Positions 10,332 to 20,691 of a stretch of 32,000 nucleotides of DNA are shown one piece after another. Positions within the stretch are counted from its first letter, which is position 1, and each line of letters opens with the position of its first letter. Origin of the DNA: an uncultured Erysipelotrichaceae bacterium. GTDB taxonomy: Bacteria > Bacillota_I > Bacilli_A > Erysipelotrichales > Erysipelotrichaceae. Under the pieces are notes generated by a model. It searched no databases. It was given only the letters and a program-made list of their open reading frames with translations, and had not been told where the DNA came from. The stretch is from NCBI GenBank assembly GCA_964401865.1, contig CAYNZZ010000004.1:60001-92000 (forward strand). The letters are read 5' to 3'. Both the position numbers and the translations under genes were made by a program.

Positions 10332-10380
10332 TTGACGCTGTATTAATTGTCATAGTATACTTAATACAGATAATACAGAA
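10332..10380 (+). promoter_or_regulatory. Promoter (-35 TTGACG at 10332-10337; -10 TATACT at 10356-10361) with an embedded candidate GntR operator: perfect 9-bp inverted repeat CTGTATTAA (10338-10346) / TTAATACAG (10361-10369) plus a third direct copy TAATACAG (10371-10378)
   Basis: The inverted repeat was verified base by base and it brackets the -10 region. The GT...AC core is typical of GntR-family operators. Confidence 0.5.
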
Positions 10381-10390
10381 AGGAGATAAA

Positions 10391-10777
10391 ATGTTCTTAA
10401 TATCTTTGTCAGGGAAAGATTCAATTTATGAACAGATAAAAAAACAGATTTTGCGTTTTATTCAAACTGGTGTATTAAGCCCTAATGACAAGCTTCCTTC
10501 AGTTAGGCAACTGGCTGGTGAATTGGGTATCAATCCTAATACTGTTCAAAAAGCTTATCAAGAATTAGAAAGCGAAGGATATATCTATACGTTGTCAAAG
10601 AAAGGCGCATTTGTTGCTGACGGAACTAAAGTTAATACTAACGAAATGTTAAGAGACGAGTTTTTTAAGATTGTTGCTCGCTATAGGAATGATGGTTTTG
10701 ATGAAATTGAATTGATAAATATAGTGAAAGAAGTGTTTAAACAAGGAGGGGACGATACTTATGAGTTTAAGGATTGA
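10391..10777 (+). CDS. GntR-family transcriptional regulator (YtrA subfamily, short C-terminal domain)
   Basis: It has a winged-HTH region (LPSVRQLAGELGINPNTVQKAYQELESEGYI). The ATG at 10391 has an AGGAGA SD. The longer ORF from 10295 would run through the terminator and promoter, so it was not used. Confidence 0.85.
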   Translation: MFLISLSGKDSIYEQIKKQILRFIQTGVLSPNDKLPSVRQLAGELGINPNTVQKAYQELESEGYIYTLSKKGAFVADGTKVNTNEMLRDEFFKIVARYRNDGFDEIELINIVKEVFKQGGDDTYEFKD

Positions 10778-11648
10778 AGGCGTAACCAAGAGTTTTAAAG
10801 AATTAAAAGTTTTAGATGCTATTGATTTAGAAATAGAAAAAGGTTCGGTGTTTGGGCTTGTTGGCGTTAATGGTTCAGGCAAATCAACTTTGCTCAGATC
10901 GATTGCTGGAATTTACTCATTAGATGGCGGAAACATCTATTTTGAAGGTGAAGATACATATGCTAACCCAAATATTAGAAGAGATATTTTTTTGGTGGCT
11001 GATGATTTATATTATTCATTTGCGTCAACCATTAACACATTAAAAGATTTTTATGCTTCTTTTTATTCATTTGATGAAAATGAATTTCAGAAGTATTTAA
11101 AGATTTTCCGTTTAGATCCCAACAAGCAGATCAATAATTTTTCAAAGGGCATGAAAAGACAGGTGTCGCTAGTTTTTGCTTTGGCGATAAAACCTAAGTT
11201 ATTACTTTTGGATGAAGCTTTTGATGGCCTTGATCCGCTTGTGAGATATACATTTAATAAACAGTTAGCCAATCTTTTGGAAGATGAAGAAATAACGGTT
11301 ATTATTTCTTCTCATAACTTAAAAGAATTGGAAAATATTTGTGATACTTACGGTATTTTAGAAAACGGCAAGATCGAAAACTATGGCGATTTATCAGCTA
11401 ATAAAGCTAATATTTCTAAATATCAAATGGCTTTTAAAGAAGAGAAGACAATTGATGATTTTAAAGATTTTAATGTTTTACATTACTCTAAAATAGGTAA
11501 GGTTATTACACTAGTGATCAAAGGGGAAAAGCAAGAGACGATTGAAAAGCTCGAGGCTTATAATCCACTGATTTTAGATGTCTTAAATGTCAACTTTGAA
11601 GAATTGTTTATATATGAAGTCGAAAGCAAGGAGCACCAATATGAATAA
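10761..11648 (+). CDS. ABC transporter ATP-binding protein (YtrB-like)
   Basis: It has Walker A (GVNGSGKST), a degenerate signature (FSKGMKRQV) and Walker B (LLLLDEAFDGLD). It overlaps the GntR gene, indicating an operon. Confidence 0.85.
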   Translation: MSLRIEGVTKSFKELKVLDAIDLEIEKGSVFGLVGVNGSGKSTLLRSIAGIYSLDGGNIYFEGEDTYANPNIRRDIFLVADDLYYSFASTINTLKDFYASFYSFDENEFQKYLKIFRLDPNKQINNFSKGMKRQVSLVFALAIKPKLLLLDEAFDGLDPLVRYTFNKQLANLLEDEEITVIISSHNLKELENICDTYGILENGKIENYGDLSANKANISKYQMAFKEEKTIDDFKDFNVLHYSKIGKVITLVIKGEKQETIEKLEAYNPLILDVLNVNFEELFIYEVESKEHQYE

Positions 11649-13188
11649 AAGTTTTATTAAGTTTCAACTGACATCAAAGAAATACTTGATTATTTTCTTA
11701 TTTGTAATTCAATTTTTAACCTGCTTAGTTGCTTTTGCGTTTACAAGTTTTAGTTTCTTTAATAAGGGGATATTGAGCTATGGTTTGAGTTTTGCGACTT
11801 TGATGGTTGCGATTATTTCTCTGACGCCACTATTCTTTAATTTTCTTCACAATAAGAAAAGTATAGATACTTATTATTCCTTACCGATGTCAAGAAAATC
11901 GCTATTCTTTAATACTGTTATCTTTTTGATAGCCATATTATTTGCATCTTGGATAGTTCCTAATTTTCTTACTTTCTTATTGATAGCTGGTGAGTTTGGA
12001 GCTTTCTTGCCGGCTTTGTTAGGATTTTTGGAATATGTCTTAATGATTATTATGATAATAGCTGGTCTAGTTTTCTTTTATGCTACGATATATTTGGTTG
12101 CCAATAATTCATTAGATGGAATTGTTATGATGGTTGCTTACATATTGTTGCCTTTATTTCTTGCGATAGGAGTATATATATTTGGAGATATATTTGTATG
12201 TGGATATCAACCTTTTAGTCTTGACATTTTTGGTTTCTTATCAATGCCTTTTATGGCCTGCAATATGTTTTTTGAATCGTTGGATTTCTTGACAGTAAGT
12301 CGATATTATACAAACACCTTTTTCGTTGCTAGATATTTGGATATGCTGATATTCTTTATTAGTACAGTTGGGTTCGGCGCTTTACTGTATCATACTTTTG
12401 TGAGTCGTAAGGCAGAAAATGTGGAACAGAATTCTGATAGTTTCTTCGCTTATCCATCATTAATTTATTTTTATACTTTTATCTTATTATTTATATTAAC
12501 TTCTAGAGTTACATTTAATTATTATTACTCTTCTTCAACAACCACTTTGTTCTCCAATGCCATTGCATATCTATTTGTCTTTATATTCTTTGCAGTTGCA
12601 CATTTTGTCTGTCGTAGAAAGATATATATCAATATTAGAATGATTGCATTCTTTGCGTTATCTATTGTGCTTGTAAGTGGTTTTTCAACTTTGGCATATC
12701 AGACGAGAGGATTTGGTTTTTCTGATAGTTATACAAGAAATCATGAAAATGTAATCTTTGCTTTTAATACTATTTCAGATGCAGTTGAAGATAGAGAGTT
12801 AGTCGATCATTTAATAGAAGAATTAAAACCGATAGTAGAAGAATATTATGGTGATTATAATTACGATTATTTGAATCTTAGTATTGAAATAGAAATGGAC
12901 AAAGAGGATATTCAGAATAATCCAAAATTATATGAAATGATTGATGATCATCGCCGGTTGATGATTGATAGCTATTATGGCAACGATTCAACAAACGATG
13001 TTTCAGGTGTTAATGGTTTATGGGCCAGAATGAATGTTTATGAAAAAGACAATAAAGGCAACACAGAAAAATATTACTATTATTACACTAATTCATTTTA
13101 TTTAGAGAAAGAGTTCAGCGATGAACTATTAAACTATGATAAAATCAGAATTATTGCTGATGGATATGATATCGAAATTGCGGATTGA
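11641..13188 (+). CDS. Polytopic membrane protein, probable permease partner of the YtrB-like ATPase, with a C-terminal acidic soluble domain
   Basis: About 10 hydrophobic helices are followed by a ~150-aa Asp/Glu/Tyr-rich tail. The ATG at 11641 has an AAGGAG SD and overlaps the ATPase stop (ATGAATAA). Confidence 0.6.
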   Translation: MNKSFIKFQLTSKKYLIIFLFVIQFLTCLVAFAFTSFSFFNKGILSYGLSFATLMVAIISLTPLFFNFLHNKKSIDTYYSLPMSRKSLFFNTVIFLIAILFASWIVPNFLTFLLIAGEFGAFLPALLGFLEYVLMIIMIIAGLVFFYATIYLVANNSLDGIVMMVAYILLPLFLAIGVYIFGDIFVCGYQPFSLDIFGFLSMPFMACNMFFESLDFLTVSRYYTNTFFVARYLDMLIFFISTVGFGALLYHTFVSRKAENVEQNSDSFFAYPSLIYFYTFILLFILTSRVTFNYYYSSSTTTLFSNAIAYLFVFIFFAVAHFVCRRKIYINIRMIAFFALSIVLVSGFSTLAYQTRGFGFSDSYTRNHENVIFAFNTISDAVEDRELVDHLIEELKPIVEEYYGDYNYDYLNLSIEIEMDKEDIQNNPKLYEMIDDHRRLMIDSYYGNDSTNDVSGVNGLWARMNVYEKDNKGNTEKYYYYYTNSFYLEKEFSDELLNYDKIRIIADGYDIEIAD

Positions 13189-13192
13189 TTTT

Positions 13193-13215
13193 AAAGAAGC
13201 GAGAGCTTCTTTTTT

Positions 13216-13216
<1 letters not shown>
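13193..13216 (+). terminator. Intrinsic terminator AAAGAAGC-GAGA-GCTTCTTT plus T-run
   Basis: Read directly, 5 nt after the stop at 13188. Confidence 0.75.
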
Positions 13217-15206
<1,990 letters not shown>

Positions 15207-15491
15207 ATGGAAATAAATGAGATAAAAAAACTAGCACTTGATATTAAATTTGAATTATCAGATGAAGAAGCGAGCGATATTCAAAATGATTTTGTTTTAC
15301 TGGAAAAGAAACTTGCCTTGTTAGATGTTATTAATACTGATGGGGTTGAAGAAATGATATATCCGTTTGATATAGAGACATCATATTTGAGAGAAGACGA
15401 AGTAAGCGATGTTTTATCGGTTGAAGATGCTTTATCAAATGTATCTAAAACTAAGCAGAATCATGTGGTAGTACCAAAGGTGGTAAAATAA
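15207..15491 (+). CDS. gatC: Asp/Glu-tRNA amidotransferase subunit C
   Basis: 94 aa, in the position and size expected in front of gatA-gatB. It abuts the ligA stop. Confidence 0.9.
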   Translation: MEINEIKKLALDIKFELSDEEASDIQNDFVLLEKKLALLDVINTDGVEEMIYPFDIETSYLREDEVSDVLSVEDALSNVSKTKQNHVVVPKVVK

Positions 15492-16891
15492 TGAGAATAA
15501 AGATTAATGACAATTATAAAGAAGAATGTTTAAAGGCTTATAATAAAGCAGTTGCAGTACAAGAAAAGGTCAATGCATCGGTTACTTTAATTGATCCAAG
15601 CTCAAGACTTGAAGAAAAGCTAGAAGGTAAGCTGAAGGGTGTTGCAATTGCGGTTAAGGATAATGTTAATACTAAGGGCGTTAAGACAACTGCCTGCTCA
15701 AGAATTCTAGATAATTATGTGCCTGTCTATAATGCGCATATTGTTGATTTGTTGAATAAAGAAGGCGCAGTCATCATATCAAAAACCAATATGGACGAAC
15801 TTGCTATGGGCGGCACTAATCTTACAAGTTATTTTGGGGCTTGTAAAAATCCATATGACTTGAATCGTATTTCAGGTGGTTCTTCAGGTGGAAGTGCCGT
15901 TATCGTTGCCAGTAATGTTGTAAGTGTATCTATTGGTTCTGATACTGGTGATTCAGTTAGAAAACCGGCGTCATACTGTGGCGTTGTCGGTGTTAAGCCT
16001 ACATACGGTAAAATTTCTCGTTTCGGCATTATTCCATATGCTTCTAGCCTTGACCATGTTGGTTATTTTACTACCAATGTTAAAGATGCAGCTTTGATGT
16101 TAGAAGTATTGCAGGGCAGAGATGATAGAGATATGACTAGCGCTGATGTAGAAAATGAAGAATATACTAAACTTTTAAATGCTGATGTAAAAGGTAAAAA
16201 AGTATTAGTATTTAAAAATGTTGTTGACGCTATCAAAAATGCAAAAACAGTTGAATTGTTTAATAATGTTGTAGAAATATTAAAAAATAAGGGTGCTATG
16301 GTTGAAGAAGTTACCTATGATGAAGATTTATTAAGGGCAATTCTTCCTGTTTATTATATTATTGCTAATGCTGAAGCCACAGCTAATCATTCAAACCTTG
16401 ATGGTATTTTATTTGGACATAGGGAAGATGGCGAATCTACTGATGATATTATGATTAATAGCAGAACTAAAGGTTTTGGTCCATGGATTAAAAAACGTTT
16501 TGTCATTGGGTCTTATGCATTATTTGAAGAAAATCAAGAAAGATTATTGCGTAAAGCTCAAAAAGTTAGAAGGCTCATTGTTGATGAAGTATTATCTAAA
16601 CTACAAGATGCTGATGTATTGCTTGCGCCGGCTGCTACAGGTGTGGCACCACTTATTGAAGGACAGTCAACCGATGAATTATCAGACGAGTCTTTAATTG
16701 CGGAAAATCATATGGTTATTGCCAATTTTGGCGGTTTACCATCAATGACTATACCTATGGGTTATATTGATGGACTACCAATTGGTGTTAATTTAACAGC
16801 TAATCCTTTCAAGGAACAAGTAATGTTTGATATTGCTTTGGCTATTGAAGAAGGAACTGGTTTGGCTGATCAGACTAAGGAGGTATTATAA
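15491..16891 (+). CDS. gatA: Asp/Glu-tRNA amidotransferase subunit A
   Basis: It carries the amidase signature (GGSSGGSAVIVAS...GSDTGDSVRKPAS) and overlaps gatC (TAATG). Confidence 0.95.
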   Translation: MRIKINDNYKEECLKAYNKAVAVQEKVNASVTLIDPSSRLEEKLEGKLKGVAIAVKDNVNTKGVKTTACSRILDNYVPVYNAHIVDLLNKEGAVIISKTNMDELAMGGTNLTSYFGACKNPYDLNRISGGSSGGSAVIVASNVVSVSIGSDTGDSVRKPASYCGVVGVKPTYGKISRFGIIPYASSLDHVGYFTTNVKDAALMLEVLQGRDDRDMTSADVENEEYTKLLNADVKGKKVLVFKNVVDAIKNAKTVELFNNVVEILKNKGAMVEEVTYDEDLLRAILPVYYIIANAEATANHSNLDGILFGHREDGESTDDIMINSRTKGFGPWIKKRFVIGSYALFEENQERLLRKAQKVRRLIVDEVLSKLQDADVLLAPAATGVAPLIEGQSTDELSDESLIAENHMVIANFGGLPSMTIPMGYIDGLPIGVNLTANPFKEQVMFDIALAIEEGTGLADQTKEVL

Positions 16892-18315
16892 TGGAATACG
16901 ATGTTGTTGTCGGTTTAGAGATTCACTTGGAATTAAAAACTAAGACTAAGATGTTTTCGGGCGCTCCTTATGCTTTTAAAGATCAGGCTAATCATGATAC
17001 AAACGAAATAGATTTAGCTCATCCAGGAACATTGCCTTGCGTTAATGAAGAAGCGGTTAAAAAAGCTATTCAAGCATGTGTTGCTTTCAATTTAACAATT
17101 GATCCACTTATCAAATTCGATCGTAAGAATTATTATTATTCTGATTTACCTAAGGGCTATCAGATTACTCAGCAATTTCATCCGATTGGAAGACAGGGCT
17201 ATATAGAAATTTTTGTTGATGGTAAGTATAAAAAGATTCGTATCAATCGTATTCATATGGAGGAAGATACTGCCAAACAATTTCACTTATATGATGAGAC
17301 TCTGATTGATTATAATCGTGCTGGTGTTCCTTTGATTGAACTCGTATCCGAACCAGATATGACCAATGGTCAAGAAGCCAGTCTATATTTAGAAAAACTT
17401 CGTCAGACTTTGGATTATCTTGAAGTATCAGATGTCAAGATGGAAGAGGGTTCAATGCGTTGTGATGTCAATGTATCGATTAAACCAAAAGGTTCGAGTG
17501 TGCTAGGTACTAAAGTTGAAATCAAAAACTTAAATAGTATTTCTAATGTTAGGATGGCTATTGATTACGAAGTGCAAAGACAAAAAGAATGTATTGAAAG
17601 TAATGAAGAAATAGTTCAAGAAACTCGTCGTTTTGATGAAAAGAGCCAAACTACTGTATCAATGAGAAAGAAAGAAGGTTCGGTTGACTATAAGTATTTT
17701 CCTGAACCAAATATTTTCCCAATCCGTTTAAGTGAAGAATTTATTAAAAATATCCAAGACAATATGCCTGAACTTCCAGATGCGAAGTTTAAACGATACG
17801 TTGATGAATACAAATTGAGTGAATATGATGCTAACGTAATCATTGCTAATAAAGCTTTATGTGCATACTTTGAAAAGACAATGCAGAAAACAAATAATGC
17901 TAAACTTGTAAGCAATATGTTGAGCAGTGAATTAGCTGGTATTTTGGCTAAAAATAACTATTCATTTGAGAATTGTCCGATCAATAGTGATAACTTTGCT
18001 AAGTTAATTACGATGCTAGAGGCAAAAGAAATTTCTAATAATCAAGCCAAAGAAATTTTAGGTTTGATGCTAGATGGTGGTGACCCCAAAGCTATTGCTG
18101 ATCAAAAAGGTTTTAAACAAGTATCTAATGAAGATGAAATCTTAAAATTAGTAATTTCTGTTCTTGATGATAATCCTCAATCAATCGAAGACTTTAAGAA
18201 TGGTAAAGATCGTGCCTTAGGCTTCTTGGTAGGACAGGTTATGAAACGTTCTAAAGGACAAGCTAATCCAAAATTGGCCAGTGAATTAGTCGCAAGAGAA
18301 CTAAAGAATAGATAG
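16891..18315 (+). CDS. gatB: Asp/Glu-tRNA amidotransferase subunit B
   Basis: 474 aa with a GatB N-terminus (YDVVVGLEIHLELKTKTKMFS) and a C-terminal YqeY-like tail. It overlaps the gatA stop. Confidence 0.95.
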   Translation: MEYDVVVGLEIHLELKTKTKMFSGAPYAFKDQANHDTNEIDLAHPGTLPCVNEEAVKKAIQACVAFNLTIDPLIKFDRKNYYYSDLPKGYQITQQFHPIGRQGYIEIFVDGKYKKIRINRIHMEEDTAKQFHLYDETLIDYNRAGVPLIELVSEPDMTNGQEASLYLEKLRQTLDYLEVSDVKMEEGSMRCDVNVSIKPKGSSVLGTKVEIKNLNSISNVRMAIDYEVQRQKECIESNEEIVQETRRFDEKSQTTVSMRKKEGSVDYKYFPEPNIFPIRLSEEFIKNIQDNMPELPDAKFKRYVDEYKLSEYDANVIIANKALCAYFEKTMQKTNNAKLVSNMLSSELAGILAKNNYSFENCPINSDNFAKLITMLEAKEISNNQAKEILGLMLDGGDPKAIADQKGFKQVSNEDEILKLVISVLDDNPQSIEDFKNGKDRALGFLVGQVMKRSKGQANPKLASELVARELKNR

Positions 18316-18320
18316 AAGAT

Positions 18321-18345
18321 AAAAAGCCTTTGTATAGGCTTTTTA
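18321..18345 (+). terminator. Intrinsic terminator AAAAAGCCT-TTGTAT-AGGCTTTTT
   Basis: Read directly after the gatB stop. Confidence 0.75.
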
Positions 18346-18464
18346 TAAAGATTGAATAAAGTGATATAATAGTTGATGTATTGGAAATATAATCCTTTTG
18401 AATATGGCATGATTATATATTTTCCAAACTAAAATAAATATGATAGAATTTTAAAGGTGATAAA

Positions 18465-19073
18465 ATGAAAGAAAATAAACAAAAGATTAAAAAAGGAAAA
18501 AAGCTATCTAAGCCAGCTATTGTATTGATTGTTGGATTATGTATTATATTGATACCTCTAACTGTTTTTGGTGGAATATTGCTTAAAGCCCAATTACAGA
18601 CCGGTAAACCAATATTCGGCGATCGCTTTGTGGGGGATTTAGATCCAGCTATTACAAATCAACAGATGACCGATGTTGAAAATGAAATCAAGCAGTTAAA
18701 AGATGTTGAAGGAGTTACAGTGGTAATGACATCAGCACAGCTTCGCATCAACATTGATACTAAAGATACAATGACTGCTGAAGAAATGGATTTATTATTA
18801 GATGATGCTTATATCATTGTTAATAAAAAGCTACCTATTTCAACATATTTTACTTCAACCGATTCAAAAAGAATGTATGACCTTGCGATAAATGCTTATA
18901 ACTTCATTGATAGAGATGATGAAAGTATGGTTTATGTGATATTGACCAAGAATGCTATGATGGATAATTGGGAAAAACAAGTGTTGTCTGAACCGTTAGA
19001 TAGCGAATTAGCTAGTGAACTTCGTGGGGAAAATGTTGAAGTTGAACCTACAGAAACTCCAGAGGCTGAATAA
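18465..19073 (+). CDS. Hypothetical membrane-anchored protein (N-terminal Lys-rich segment, one TM helix, extracytoplasmic domain, acidic tail)
   Basis: 202 aa with a TM helix (AIVLIVGLCIILIPLTVFGGILL). An AAGGTGA SD precedes the start. No family was recognised. Confidence 0.6.
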   Translation: MKENKQKIKKGKKLSKPAIVLIVGLCIILIPLTVFGGILLKAQLQTGKPIFGDRFVGDLDPAITNQQMTDVENEIKQLKDVEGVTVVMTSAQLRINIDTKDTMTAEEMDLLLDDAYIIVNKKLPISTYFTSTDSKRMYDLAINAYNFIDRDDESMVYVILTKNAMMDNWEKQVLSEPLDSELASELRGENVEVEPTETPEAE

Positions 19074-19098
19074 AACTTCATTTATAATGAAGTTTTTT
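19074..19098 (+). terminator. Intrinsic terminator AACTTCATT-TAT-AATGAAGTT plus T-run
   Basis: A 9-bp perfect stem was read directly. Confidence 0.75.
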
Positions 19099-19111
19099 AT
19101 TAAGGAAGAAT

Positions 19112-20419
19112 ATGAAAAATCAGAAAATAGAATGTAAATGTATAGATATGACTGTTGACGGCTTTGGGATTTGCAAGTATGATTCCTTAGTTATTTTTGT
19201 CAAACAAATGCTCATTGATGAAGTGGCGATCATCAAGATTATTTCTCATAAGAAGAATTTAGCTTATGGCATTATCGATACTTTAATTGTACCTAGCAAA
19301 TATCGCATTAATAGTCCGTGTAAAGTGGCATATAAATGTGGAGGCTGCGATTTGCGACATGTCGATTATCGTTATGGTCTGAAGCTCAAACATAATATTT
19401 TAGATAATACGATGAATAAAATGGCTAAATTAGGAGTGAAAGTCGAGGATATTGTCGAAAGTCCTTTAAAAGATGGATATCGAAATAAGGTGCAAATACC
19501 GGTTAAAGAAAAGGGTATTGGCTTTTATCGCAAGAACTCCAATGATATCGTGGAGTTTGATAGATGTTTAATTCAAAGTGATGTTGAAAATGATATATTG
19601 TCTAAGCTAAAAGAACTAATTGGTGAATATAAGATAAGCGATTATTTGCGCCATATCATAATTAAAGAAGCATTTGGTACAAAAGAAGTTATGGTGGCAC
19701 TGGTTGTCAAAAGTTTTGATATACCGTCAATCGATGAGATAACAGCCATTATGGTTAAATGTTTCCCAATGATTAAGTCTTTTATTTTGAATTTAAAAAA
19801 GACTGATGATAATGTTGTACTGGGTGATGAAGAAAAGATATTATATGGTTCTTCATATATTATTGATGAATTTGATGGAATTATGGTTGAGATTTCGCTT
19901 AAATCTTTCTATCAGGTTAATCATCAACAAATGATAAACCTTTATAATAAGGTTTTAGAATTAGCCGATGTCGATAAAGATAGTTCAGTATTAGATTTAT
20001 TTTCGGGTATTGGCACTATTTCTTTATTTATGGCAAAACACGCAAATAAGGTTATTGGCGTTGAGATTGTTGAAGATGCGGTGATGAACGCTAAAGAGAA
20101 TGCTAAGCTAAATCATATTGATAATGCAGAGTTTTATCTTGGTGATGCAAAGGATGGATTAAATGAATATTTAGTCGATAAAGATGTAGTTATTGTTGAT
20201 CCGCCTAGAAAAGGTTTAAATGAGCAGATAATTGATAAACTAGCAGAGTTTAATATTCCTAAGATTGTTTATGTTTCTTGTAATCCTGCGACATTAGCCA
20301 GAGATTTAGAACTATTTAAAAAGAAAGGTTACTACTTTGATACAGTATATCCTTTTGATATGTTTCCGCATACAATGCATGTTGAGACGGTCTGCTTGAT
20401 GTCTAGGAAAGAGAAATAA
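19112..20419 (+). CDS. rlmD: 23S rRNA (uracil-5-)-methyltransferase, RlmD/RumA family
   Basis: It has an N-terminal TRAM-like domain and an Fe-S Cys cluster (CKVAYKCGGCDLRH). SAM-methyltransferase motifs are present (LDLFSGIGTISL, VDPPRKG, YVSCNPATLARD). The C-terminus reads FPHTMHVETVCLMSRKEK. Confidence 0.9.
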   Translation: MKNQKIECKCIDMTVDGFGICKYDSLVIFVKQMLIDEVAIIKIISHKKNLAYGIIDTLIVPSKYRINSPCKVAYKCGGCDLRHVDYRYGLKLKHNILDNTMNKMAKLGVKVEDIVESPLKDGYRNKVQIPVKEKGIGFYRKNSNDIVEFDRCLIQSDVENDILSKLKELIGEYKISDYLRHIIIKEAFGTKEVMVALVVKSFDIPSIDEITAIMVKCFPMIKSFILNLKKTDDNVVLGDEEKILYGSSYIIDEFDGIMVEISLKSFYQVNHQQMINLYNKVLELADVDKDSSVLDLFSGIGTISLFMAKHANKVIGVEIVEDAVMNAKENAKLNHIDNAEFYLGDAKDGLNEYLVDKDVVIVDPPRKGLNEQIIDKLAEFNIPKIVYVSCNPATLARDLELFKKKGYYFDTVYPFDMFPHTMHVETVCLMSRKEK

Positions 20420-20520
20420 ATAGCGAAAAGTAGCGTATTTACGGGCTTTTTTGAGATTAGGCAATAGCTCATGAAAGTCCGTAATTCTTATATTGAAACA
20501 TATCTACTGTAAAAATGGTC

Positions 20521-20688
20521 AGATGGTTTAGGCTGTGGATTAGATGTCGTGGGTTGTGGCACTAAGATAGATGTTATCTAGGGTGCAAACTCAATTTGAG
20601 TGAGTGATTTAGATGTTGTCTAATCCGGCAACTCAACCGTTGGCAATAAAGCAGGCAGTGGATTAGATGTTATGGAAGGAGCGAGGAA
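20521..20688 (+). repeat. Five degenerate direct repeats with core AGATGK (20521, 20542, 20569, 20611, 20665); longest shared form GTGGATTAGATGT (20535-20547 and 20658-20670)
   Basis: Core positions were counted base by base. Offsets are 21, 27, 42 and 54 nt, all multiples of 3 and all in the frame of the downstream ORF. In-frame stops sit at 20563, 20605 and 20647, exactly 42 nt apart. Confidence 0.6.
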
Positions 20689-20691
20689 ACA

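Noticed and set aside
18177-18410. 77-aa minus-strand ORF spanning the gatB 3' end and its terminator
   Set aside because: It is antisense to a conserved gene and crosses the terminator hairpin. The peptide is low-complexity and AT-driven, with no SD.
20420-20470. Intrinsic terminator or att-site inverted repeat directly after rlmD (TAGCG...TAGCG, CGTA-TT-TACG, GGGCTTTTTT)
   Set aside because: The only complementary segments are 4-5 bp with a 2-nt loop, which is sterically implausible. The TAGCG pair is a direct repeat, not an inverted one. This is not enough evidence to call either feature.
20521-20688. The repeat array as a CRISPR array
   Set aside because: The repeats are short and degenerate, spacing is irregular (21-54 nt), there are no unique spacers of uniform size, and no cas genes are in the window.
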